NCBI GenBank assembly: GCA_038323465.1
Contig: JBBQGX010000003.1
Coordinates: forward strand, 1-34,779
Length of the DNA: 34,779 nt
From: Minisyncoccia bacterium
Lineage (GTDB): Bacteria; Patescibacteriota; Minisyncoccia; Phycocordibacterales; UBA9973
Reading direction: 5' to 3'
Positions 27,474 to 34,779 of this stretch are shown piece after piece; within the stretch, counting starts at the first letter, position 1; each line of letters opens with the position of its first letter. Below the pieces are notes generated by a model that was not told where the DNA came from, made no database searches, and was given only the letters and a program-made list of their open reading frames with translations. A program made the translations under genes and the position numbers.

Positions 27474-27558
27474 ATATTATATATAATAACATTAAAATTG
27501 TGAAAAAAATATAAATATCTTTTTATATCATTATTTGATATAATCAAACAATAATTTT

Positions 27559-28557
27559 ATGCAACACACTACCGGGAATAAATCAGTTGTTTTCGCCCTT
27601 ATCGGTAACACCTTTGTAACTTTTATAAAAACAATTGTCGCTGTTTTGACGGGATCAGCCAGTATGTTTGCTGAAAGTGTTCACAGTTTTGCTGATACTC
27701 TCAATCAGTCACTACTTCTAATAGGACTCAGGCGTTCAAAAAGACCCGCTGATGAAGTCCATGGTTATGGATACGGTATTGAGCGATTCTTTTGGTCACT
27801 TATTTCAGCTTGTGGAATTCTTTTCATTGGAGCTGGAGTTACGGTTTATCACTCTATAAACTCTTTAATAGAGAATAATCACATTTATCACTTTAATTAT
27901 AGTATTAGTTTAGTTTTAATCATTGCTCTCTTTGTTGAGGGGTCAACTTTATATATTGCTATAAATGAACTCCGCGGAAAAAGAAAATTATCAAAGAAAA
28001 TATTTGAGGATGCTGATCCTGTAACCCTCTCTGTTGTATATGAAGATTCGGCTGCTGTCCTCGGTGTTCTCGTGGCACTCTTGGCTCAGTTATTAATGTT
28101 TTTAACACATGATGTCTTTTACGACTCAATCGGGGGAATAATTGTCGGTTTTATCCTCGGATTTTTGGCAATTTTACTCATTATAAAAAATCACAATTAT
28201 ATTATAGGCAAATCTCTAAAAGAAGACAGAACAGAAGAAGTTATAAAATTTTTACTTAAAGATCCTTGTATTGAAAATATTTCGGAATTCAAATCCGTAG
28301 CTATAGATATAAATAAATACAGAATCTATGCCACAGTAGAGTGGAATGGTTCCCCTCTTTATGAAGAGATATACGAAGCTGGTGACCTAAGAAAAGAATT
28401 CGATGATATAAAGGATGATTTCCGAGAATTTACAAAACTGATGTTTAAAACTACAGACCGTATACCAAGGCTTGTAGGAAATCATATAGATGAAATCGAG
28501 AAGAAAATAAGAGAAGAATTCCCTGAAATTGTTTATGTTGATATTGAGATAAATTAG
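27559..28557 (+). CDS. Cation diffusion facilitator family transporter
   Basis: 332 aa; SASMFAESVHSFADTLNQ, H.YGYG.ERFFWS, EDSAA; TGaTATAAT upstream. Confidence 0.92.
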   Translation: MQHTTGNKSVVFALIGNTFVTFIKTIVAVLTGSASMFAESVHSFADTLNQSLLLIGLRRSKRPADEVHGYGYGIERFFWSLISACGILFIGAGVTVYHSINSLIENNHIYHFNYSISLVLIIALFVEGSTLYIAINELRGKRKLSKKIFEDADPVTLSVVYEDSAAVLGVLVALLAQLLMFLTHDVFYDSIGGIIVGFILGFLAILLIIKNHNYIIGKSLKEDRTEEVIKFLLKDPCIENISEFKSVAIDINKYRIYATVEWNGSPLYEEIYEAGDLRKEFDDIKDDFREFTKLMFKTTDRIPRLVGNHIDEIEKKIREEFPEIVYVDIEIN

Positions 28558-28563
28558 CCCACT

Positions 28564-29166
28564 CTATTTTTTGGTAATAGAAAAAATTTTTTTTCGGAAA
28601 GTAATAAATAATAAAAACAAAACAAAAATAATACCCAAAAACAATTTACCAATAAAGCTGGTGATTGACTGGAGATTGTACCCAAAGAGATATCCAATTA
28701 AAGAATACAGTAACACTTGTAATATTGTGCCAGATAATTCATGTAAAAGATATTTCTTATAAGGAATTTTCCCCATTCCTGAAATAAGATTTACAAACAA
28801 AGTAGATAAGACTTCAAAGCGACTAATAAATATAATAAAACCAGGATGAGCTCTAAATTTATGTTCAATTACTTTAAATCTATCTGATTGTAAAATAAAA
28901 CGAAACCCAACATTTGAAAGTATCTTGCTTCCAAATTTATATGAGAGCCAATATCCAATATTATCTCCTAATATATTCGCAATAATTGAAATGATTACGA
29001 CAAGAGTAATATTAAAGTATCCAATACTTGCAAGTGCCGCGGTTGTCATTAAAACACTGCCTGAAGGAATCGGGATAATAAGAGCCGTCAAGAAAGAAAC
29101 AATAAAAATTGCCAAATATTTATAAACAACGAGATAAGGAATGATATATTGAACTAAAAAATCCAT
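28564..29166 (-). CDS. DedA/VTT family membrane protein
   Basis: 200 aa; IPIPS, ANILGDNIGYW, ISRF, SGMGKIPYKKYL; TGcTATTAT 6 nt before ATG. Confidence 0.88.
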   Translation of the reverse strand: MDFLVQYIIPYLVVYKYLAIFIVSFLTALIIPIPSGSVLMTTAALASIGYFNITLVVIISIIANILGDNIGYWLSYKFGSKILSNVGFRFILQSDRFKVIEHKFRAHPGFIIFISRFEVLSTLFVNLISGMGKIPYKKYLLHELSGTILQVLLYSLIGYLFGYNLQSITSFIGKLFLGIIFVLFLLFITFRKKIFSITKK

Positions 29167-29217
29167 AACCTAATAATAGCAGATATATATCAATTATTAT
29201 ACAAAGAATCTAAATAG

Positions 29218-29246
29218 TGGACAAATACTTCTAAAAATTGTATTAT
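29218..29246 (+). promoter_or_regulatory. sigma70-type promoter of the cold-shock gene
   Basis: TGGACA-17 bp-TATTAT; implies a ~70-nt 5' UTR. Confidence 0.55.
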
Positions 29247-29321
29247 AGTAGGTACAAAAGGCGATCGTTAGAAGTAGTCGAAATTATCTCAATTTGTAAT
29301 TATCATTAAACAATCAAATCT

Positions 29322-29519
29322 ATGAAAGGAGCAATCAAAAAACTTACTGACAAAGGTTTCGGTTTCATCACAGCAGAAGGACTTGCGAAGGATTTATTCT
29401 TCCATTCTAATTCTCTTGTAGGAGTAACATTCGAAGAGTTACGTGAAGGTGACGCTGTATCTTTTGATGTAGAAGAAACTGCAAAAGGACCAAGTGCAGT
29501 AAATGTACAACGTGCATAA
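29322..29519 (+). CDS. cspA: Cold-shock domain protein (CspA family)
   Basis: 65 aa; RNP1 KGFGFI, RNP2-like LFFH, KGPSAVNV. Confidence 0.95.
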   Translation: MKGAIKKLTDKGFGFITAEGLAKDLFFHSNSLVGVTFEELREGDAVSFDVEETAKGPSAVNVQRA

Positions 29520-29526
29520 TATCGGT

Positions 29527-29566
29527 TAAACAAAAACCCTCGGCTTTGGCCGAGGGTTTTTGTTTA
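29527..29566 (+). terminator. Intrinsic terminator of the cold-shock gene
   Basis: Perfect 18-bp inverted repeat taaacaaaaaccctcggc-tttg-gccgagggtttttgttta. Confidence 0.92.
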
Positions 29567-29585
29567 CAATTATTTCTATCTTATA

Positions 29586-29610
29586 ACAAAAACCCCCTTT
29601 CGGGGATTTT
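29586..29610 (-). terminator. Intrinsic terminator of the small acidic ORF
   Basis: Minus strand aaaatcccc-gaaa-gggggtttttgtt, GNRA loop. Confidence 0.8.
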
Positions 29611-29618
29611 CACTTGAA

Positions 29619-29714
29619 CTAAACAGCAGCTTCTTCAGTTGGAGTCTCTTCTTCTGAAGATTCTACAGGAGCTTCAACTACTACTTCATCTTCTACTTTT
29701 GTTTTTTCATCCAT
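29619..29714 (-). CDS. 31-aa highly acidic small protein (not in the ORF track)
   Basis: MDEKTKVEDEVVVEAPVESSEEETPTEEAAV*; biased GAA/GTA/GCT codons; dedicated terminator 8 nt after the stop. Confidence 0.7.
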   Translation of the reverse strand: MDEKTKVEDEVVVEAPVESSEEETPTEEAAV

Positions 29715-29784
29715 ATATTTTTTAATTCTAAATTAGCGAATAATAATACAACCATAACATGTAAATAAATATTAACCTAATTAA

Positions 29785-31611
29785 TTAGTTATTTAAAATG
29801 CTTTTTATATTTTCTGTTCCCAAAATATGAAGTTCCGTTATAGCCCGAGTAATAGCCACATAAAATAAATCTTTTTGTATTCTTTTCCTCTCTTCTGTGT
29901 GCTCTGGCGATATGTCCACATTGTGCTTGATCTGAAAAGATTTATGGCTGACACCAACAACAATAACTAAATCAAATTCAACTCCTTGTGATTCAATCAT
30001 TGTAAGTACATGAATATTTTTTACTCCTTCAAATTCCTTTCTAAGCTCGAGAAGAGATGATTCCTCTTTTGCTAAGATTCCGATACTTCCTTCTTTGTAT
30101 CTTCCAATATGTTCTTTAATGTGAAATATCTCCTCATCTTTACTATTTACTATTTTCTCTATAACAGCTGGACCTTCTTTTACCTCCTCTGGAACAGTAA
30201 TCCCGTAGCCAAGATTTTTTATAAAAGTTAGTATATTTTTTGTATTTCTATATACTTTATTTAATTTAACATTTCTATCAAGAGGTATAACCTCCTCTAT
30301 CTCTTTAAAATCACGAAGCGTTCCAAGTTTTACTTGTTGAGCTATATCCCCTACGTAGACCAATGATTTCGTCTCTTCATTCAGACAATTCTTAAATATA
30401 TTTAATTGTTCTGGTAAATAATTTTGGAATTCGTCTATCACCATCAAGGAATAAATAACAGGCATTTTCTCAACTTTGCGAGTTATAACGTCTTTTACAA
30501 AAGTATTATATTCTCTTCTTATTTCAAATTTCTTATATTTTTCAAAATACGACTTGAGTAATATAACTAAATCAAATCTATCTAATTTCTTCTCATTTTT
30601 TTGTTGATTAAATAAAGTAGCACTTGAATTCAAAAGGTATTTATCGTATTGAGAATTTAGCACCTTAAATATATTTTTATTCCAAGTAGATATAGAGTGC
30701 TCACGAAGTGCGCGAAGTTTCTGATATTCATACAAATCAGCTTCTTCCCTACTTCCACCATATTTTTCTATATAGGTATATTCACTTAAACCGAGAACCT
30801 TTATTGCCCATTCTGAAAACGTTGTGATCTCTACATCATTTATTCCAAGCCCTGGTAAAAGCACTGAGAAATAATCTTTTGTTCCATTATCTTGGACAAA
30901 GACAATAACAGAGCGTGGAGGATAAAATTCTCCTGTATCAGGAGCCTGTGTTAGATATGCAACTCTATGAAGTGCAAGAGTAGTCTTCCCTGATCCAGCT
31001 GGTCCTGAGATCACAAGTGGACCCTTATGATTCGCACGAATAACTTGGTCTTGGGCTTTTTCCATCTGTGCTACAATTTCAGGAAGAGCAAATTCGGATT
31101 TCTGTTTTGTAAAATGTTCTTGGTATATTAATTCGCGTGGACTATCACCATCTTCAAGAGCAAAGAAGATCACTTTCCCATCAACTATCATATACTGTTC
31201 TTTCTTTTTAATAATTATATTTTTCTTTGTACCGTCTGGGAGTCTATATGAAACTTTACCTGGAGTCTCAAACCGAATAGTAGCAACAGGTGCCACCCAA
31301 GAAAAGATGGATTCCTCTGAGAGTTGATGTTTTGAGAAAAAATAATCTTTTTCTATCTTATCATCATCTGTAATCACACATTTAATAAAATAAGGTGAAC
31401 CATAGAGATGACCGAGCTCGACTATTCTATTTTCAGCATTTGCTTTCAATTGCATCTGAACCAGCTGGTCTTCGGGTGCCATCCTTGTTATCTCTTTTAT
31501 GCTTTTACTAGCTAAAACTTTAGTTGTTTCCAACTTAGATAAAACCTTGCCACGGATAAAATCAATATGTAACTTAAGGCTATTTAACAATTTTTCTTTG
31601 TATTTTTCCAT
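29785..31611 (-). CDS. HelD-like superfamily 1 (UvrD-type) helicase/ATPase
   Basis: 608 aa; LPEIVAQM...QDQVIR, GPAGSGKTTLALHRVAYL, IDEFQN, GDIAQQ, YRNT, QGVEFD, YVAITRA. Confidence 0.88.
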   Translation of the reverse strand: MEKYKEKLLNSLKLHIDFIRGKVLSKLETTKVLASKSIKEITRMAPEDQLVQMQLKANAENRIVELGHLYGSPYFIKCVITDDDKIEKDYFFSKHQLSEESIFSWVAPVATIRFETPGKVSYRLPDGTKKNIIIKKKEQYMIVDGKVIFFALEDGDSPRELIYQEHFTKQKSEFALPEIVAQMEKAQDQVIRANHKGPLVISGPAGSGKTTLALHRVAYLTQAPDTGEFYPPRSVIVFVQDNGTKDYFSVLLPGLGINDVEITTFSEWAIKVLGLSEYTYIEKYGGSREEADLYEYQKLRALREHSISTWNKNIFKVLNSQYDKYLLNSSATLFNQQKNEKKLDRFDLVILLKSYFEKYKKFEIRREYNTFVKDVITRKVEKMPVIYSLMVIDEFQNYLPEQLNIFKNCLNEETKSLVYVGDIAQQVKLGTLRDFKEIEEVIPLDRNVKLNKVYRNTKNILTFIKNLGYGITVPEEVKEGPAVIEKIVNSKDEEIFHIKEHIGRYKEGSIGILAKEESSLLELRKEFEGVKNIHVLTMIESQGVEFDLVIVVGVSHKSFQIKHNVDISPEHTEERKRIQKDLFYVAITRAITELHILGTENIKSILNN

Positions 31612-31620
31612 AAATTTGTA

Positions 31621-31645
31621 TTAAAAAAACCGCTTCGGGCGGTTT
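31621..31645 (-). terminator. Intrinsic terminator inside the helicase 5' leader (attenuator)
   Basis: Minus strand aaaccgc-ccgaa-gcggtttttttaa, ending ~10 nt before the helicase ATG. Confidence 0.75.
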
Positions 31646-31700
31646 ATATGATGGTTCTCTCTCCAATTTTATTTGAATAATAATTTAACCTAAATAACAT
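31644..31700 (-). CDS. Candidate leaderless leader peptide (18 aa)
   Basis: MLFRLNYYSNKIGERTII*; ATG 7 nt after TATAAT; stop overlaps the 5' arm of the terminator. Confidence 0.5.
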   Translation of the reverse strand: MLFRLNYYSNKIGERTII

Positions 31701-31707
31701 AAAATAT

Positions 31708-31736
31708 ATTATACCAGATAGTAAAAAACAATGCAA
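31708..31736 (-). promoter_or_regulatory. sigma70 promoter of the helicase leader
   Basis: TTGCAT (31736-31731)-17 bp-TATAAT (31713-31708). Confidence 0.75.
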
Positions 31737-31785
31737 ATTTTGGAATCATCAGAACTATAACTAAAATAAGTCTTTTTTAGTTATT

Positions 31786-32655
31786 TCAAACCTCAGGCTT
31801 AGGAGTACTTATAGCTTCTTTTATTATCGAAGAAGAAAATCCATTTGGAATTACCCCTGTTTTGGCATATTCATACAATGCTAACTTAAATACAGTTCCT
31901 AGTGTTGATGATATTATACTCATAACCACTAAGAAAATAATAAACAAACCAGCAATAATTAAAGCTGGCAAAACCTTCCCTATCATATAAGCGACACCAA
32001 CCGCAACAACAAACCCACCAAATATTACAATAGAAAAGAAAAATCCTACACCTAGAGTTACAACTATTGTCTCACCCCAAGTCTTTCTAATCACAGAGGC
32101 AGAATCTTTAAAAGAGTCTCTTACTGTTGTCTTACCTACAACAAGTGAAGGTAGACTAAAATACGTAAGAATATTCCAAGCAGCACCAAAAAGTGAAGCT
32201 ACTATTTTACCAACAATCTTTGATTTTTCAGATATGATACTTAGTATCATACCAACTGTTGCTGAGATAGCAGATAGGGCAAAGATTTTCCCGATATTAT
32301 TAAGGGCTCCTTTAAATCCATCCTTAAAACTTAAATTTTCTCCGTTAAATCTTGCATGAGCTATAGTTATAATCCCTGCTTGAAAAAAATATGAAATAAA
32401 AAATGAAACTATATAATATACAAAAATAACGGCATATTTTATTATATTTGAATTAACTTCATTACTATTACCTAGCACACTTGATAAACTACCAGTTTTA
32501 AACAATACATAAAAAAATGCAACGATGAATAATATATTTGTCAAAGATGAAATCAACGGGAACCACATCATTTCTTTGTCTTGTTTTAAAATAGTCCATG
32601 ATTCTTTTGCAATTTGTAAACCTCCATCAAATCTACCTAATTTTTTTTCTGACAT
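31786..32655 (-). CDS. Multi-pass membrane protein (DUF6159-like)
   Basis: 289 aa; SWTILKQDKEMMWFP, AWNILTYFSLP, KTWGE, LALYEYA pattern recalled for this family. Confidence 0.75.
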   Translation of the reverse strand: MSEKKLGRFDGGLQIAKESWTILKQDKEMMWFPLISSLTNILFIVAFFYVLFKTGSLSSVLGNSNEVNSNIIKYAVIFVYYIVSFFISYFFQAGIITIAHARFNGENLSFKDGFKGALNNIGKIFALSAISATVGMILSIISEKSKIVGKIVASLFGAAWNILTYFSLPSLVVGKTTVRDSFKDSASVIRKTWGETIVVTLGVGFFFSIVIFGGFVVAVGVAYMIGKVLPALIIAGLFIIFLVVMSIISSTLGTVFKLALYEYAKTGVIPNGFSSSIIKEAISTPKPEV

Positions 32656-32684
32656 ATTTTTTTAATTAAATAATAAATTTAGTT

Positions 32685-32816
32685 TTATTTTGCTCTTTTA
32701 CTCTTTGGCTTTAGATTTGGAGGAGTTTTCAGGGCTAAACCTATCTTGATATCTTTCTTTGTATCAGATGGAATAATAAGAGATGGAACCTTCTTTAATT
32801 TTTTTGTGATTTTCAT
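32685..32816 (-). CDS. 43-aa Lys-rich small protein (not in the ORF track)
   Basis: MKITKKLKKVPSLIIPSDTKKDIKIGLALKTPPNLKPKSKRAK*; fills an otherwise empty gap, co-oriented with neighbours. Confidence 0.45.
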   Translation of the reverse strand: MKITKKLKKVPSLIIPSDTKKDIKIGLALKTPPNLKPKSKRAK

Positions 32817-32991
32817 CCTGTTAGTTAAAATGGCATTGATTTCGCCATTTCATAATTATCATTAATAATAAGACATTACCTGTACTTTCTTAAATATAAA
32901 TCCAGAAATTCCTTTTCACAAATAAATGGCAATGCCATTTTTATACTACGGGATTCATAGTTATATTATAGCATTAAATATTAAATAAAAT

Positions 32992-33696
32992 TTAATTATT
33001 ACCATATCTTTCTAATAAATATTCACGGGTCATAAAAGCACTGTGAATCGGGATGTCTTCACCCTTCCAATTTTTTTCTTTCTCTTCTTTAGATATTTCT
33101 CCTTCTATTGTAAACCCTAGCTTTTTCAAACGTTCTGGACTTTTTGCAACAATCCAAGAAATAGCAATAACTTTATCTATGTTCTCATTAGATTTAACTA
33201 TCTCTGCTAATTTTTTCAAACCATTTTCCAAATCACTATTAAAATCTTCAATTCTATCTTTTGTCATGAAATCTCTTGAAGAAGAAAGATGGATATGAAC
33301 AATTCTTTCTTCTTCTTCAATCCCACAATACATAACTTGACTTAACTGAATCATCCCAACTTTATCTAAACCTCTCATATGTACTTCTCGTTGAATTTTA
33401 TCAAATATTTTTGATTGTGTTACTTTTAGCACTATTACAGGGTCCAGTACTTTTGATCCATAAGAAATAAAGATATCCCGATCTTTTATTTCTATAAGTT
33501 GTTCCAACCCTTTATATATCTCTTCTTTGTTAAAAACCAAACCTTGTTCCCCCATTTCAACAAGACTATCTTTCAATTTTTTAATATCATTTTCAAAAGT
33601 ACTTCTGTTGTCAAAAATATAACCAAGATTGCCTTTTAACTCTTCTCTTCCTTTATTAATCCTTATATTCTGTTGTTCTAAGGGATTTTGTTCCAT
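32992..33696 (-). CDS. Hypothetical protein
   Basis: 234-aa ORF; TATAAT 7 nt before ATG; no family recognised. Confidence 0.75.
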   Translation of the reverse strand: MEQNPLEQQNIRINKGREELKGNLGYIFDNRSTFENDIKKLKDSLVEMGEQGLVFNKEEIYKGLEQLIEIKDRDIFISYGSKVLDPVIVLKVTQSKIFDKIQREVHMRGLDKVGMIQLSQVMYCGIEEEERIVHIHLSSSRDFMTKDRIEDFNSDLENGLKKLAEIVKSNENIDKVIAISWIVAKSPERLKKLGFTIEGEISKEEKEKNWKGEDIPIHSAFMTREYLLERYGNN

Positions 33697-33790
33697 GAAT
33701 TATATTATACACCATCTCTAAAATCTCGGTAGATAGAGCATAAACCTCTACTTATAATTCTTAGTTTCTTGTAAAAATGACATAGGGATA

Positions 33791-34231
33791 TTATATAATT
33801 GTATTTGTAATATATTCTTCTGCTGAGTCAGCATTCTCAATTGATATAATTTTATGATTATATCCAAAATATTTAAGTATCAAATCTGCTTCTTCTTTAG
33901 GAATATCACTCCAGCTTTTATAATCCATTGTTCCATCTACGGCGAATACTTTATGATCTCCATCATCTCTTATAATGTATCCAAATGGGACAACTTCTAC
34001 TCCTTCACCAATTTTAAAATCTTTACTAGAAAAAACAAGAATATCCACATTATCTTTTTCTGCTTCATTTTCTGTATCTTCCAAATATCCATACGCAACA
34101 GGCATCACACCATCATTCACAGGTATTCTTTCTTTAATTAGCCCAAAATCCTCTATAGCACTTTTATCATAATTTAAATGCCATCTTCTGTCATTCCCTT
34201 TTGGTATTTCAATAATTGCTTTTAATTTCAT
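33791..34231 (-). CDS. ppa: Inorganic pyrophosphatase (family I-like, short)
   Basis: 146 aa; IEIPKG, PVAYGYLEDT, DNVDILV, RDDGDHKVFAV. Confidence 0.8.
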   Translation of the reverse strand: MKLKAIIEIPKGNDRRWHLNYDKSAIEDFGLIKERIPVNDGVMPVAYGYLEDTENEAEKDNVDILVFSSKDFKIGEGVEVVPFGYIIRDDGDHKVFAVDGTMDYKSWSDIPKEEADLILKYFGYNHKIISIENADSAEEYITNTII

Positions 34232-34233
34232 AA

Positions 34234-34779
34234 CTATAATATATTTAAATCATCTCTTTCAACCCTAAAAGAATAATCTTCCAAGCTCCATAATTCTAAA
34301 TCAAATTTATCTTTTTCAGACAAAACCGTAACTCCAAATTGCTCTCTTCTTTCTGCGCATTTTTTCTTAATATCTTTTCGCAATAAATCAGTTTCACCAT
34401 TTCGAGCTCTATTTATTCTTCTATTTACTTCTACATTAAGATCACTTATTAGTAAAATACTATATACCATGTCATTTTTTTCAAGAAAAGCAGAAGCGAT
34501 ACCTTCAATTATAGTTATGGGTAAATCTGATTTAATTTCTATTAATTCCTTACTTTTTTTAGATTCATAAGAAGAATCTTCATTATTTAATAAGGAATGA
34601 ATTATATTCTCTAGTGAATCTAAATGATAAGCTTCTTTAAAAACTGAACCGTGGTCACTTATACGTTTATTATTTTTATTATCTATCCATTCTATTTTTG
34701 AATTTTTTCGTATCTCAGTATCAATCATAAATTCATCTGTATCTATATAATTAGCTTTCAATCCACGTAAATTTACTTC
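34234..34779 (-). CDS. Uridine kinase-like P-loop kinase, 5' truncated by the window edge
   Basis: Frame open to the window end; YIDTDEF, IIEG, ..NRRINR match uridine kinase/PRK C-terminal motifs; P-loop not visible. Confidence 0.5.
   Translation of the reverse strand, partial: EVNLRGLKANYIDTDEFMIDTEIRKNSKIEWIDNKNNKRISDHGSVFKEAYHLDSLENIIHSLLNNEDSSYESKKSKELIEIKSDLPITIIEGIASAFLEKNDMVYSILLISDLNVEVNRRINRARNGETDLLRKDIKKKCAERREQFGVTVLSEKDKFDLELWSLEDYSFRVERDDLNIL

Noticed and set aside
27474-27558. M-box riboswitch or MgtL-type leader for mgtA
   Set aside because: 85 bp, almost all A/T, no stable structure or Pro-rich uORF.
29306-29533. 75-aa minus-strand ORF over the cold-shock gene
   Set aside because: Antisense shadow of a conserved CSD gene that has its own promoter and terminator.
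6759-34172. Remaining short overlapping ORFs in the track (e.g. 6759, 10231, 10315, 10994, 12411, 13164, 14198, 16112, 17857, 20173, 20849, 21472, 22371, 25792, 26098, 26416, 28571, 28925, 33053, 33854, 33975)
   Set aside because: All overlap better-supported genes on the opposite strand or in another frame and have shadow-like composition.
1-34779. Alternative genetic code (TGA recoding as in Gracilibacteria/Absconditabacteria)
   Set aside because: All recognisable proteins are full length under code 11, with no in-frame TGA interruptions.

Overview
AT-rich bacterial chromosomal window, densely coding under genetic code 11. No rRNA, tRNA, CRISPR array or transposase was seen. Gene content, few Shine-Dalgarno motifs and many leaderless-type promoters suggest a Patescibacteria/CPR (Parcubacteria-like) genome; this is inference. 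Left to right: argS; a thymidylate/folate cluster (dut, tmk, NUDIX, membrane protein, glyA, dCMP-deaminase-family gene, thyA-like, folA, MazG-like); CPBP and S9 proteases; a PduO-type adenosyltransferase; a minus-strand run aspA-pgl-gnd-zwf-META-cupin-pyrD; an OmpR-type two-component pair; a CsoR-controlled copper operon; mgtA, CDF, DedA, a cold-shock protein, a HelD-like helicase, a pyrophosphatase and a truncated kinase. The top lead is the ThyA homologue. It aligns gaplessly to E. coli ThyA over the active site but has Asp at the dUMP-specifying Asn177 position and Pro at His147. These are the two positions whose substitution converts thymidylate synthase into a dCMP methylase. It shares a 28-bp divergent promoter with a dCMP-deaminase-family gene and sits with folA, glyA, tmk and a MazG-like pyrophosphatase. 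This suggests a natural dCMP -> 5-methyl-dCMP -> dTMP route, or 5mC supply at nucleotide level. Other leads are in-frame hairpin insertions in argS and glyA, a META gene bracketed by ~125-bp direct repeats that duplicate the zwf 3' end, a uORF/terminator attenuator ahead of the HelD-like gene, a switch-like glyA leader, and a hybrid class 2/class 1 PyrD.
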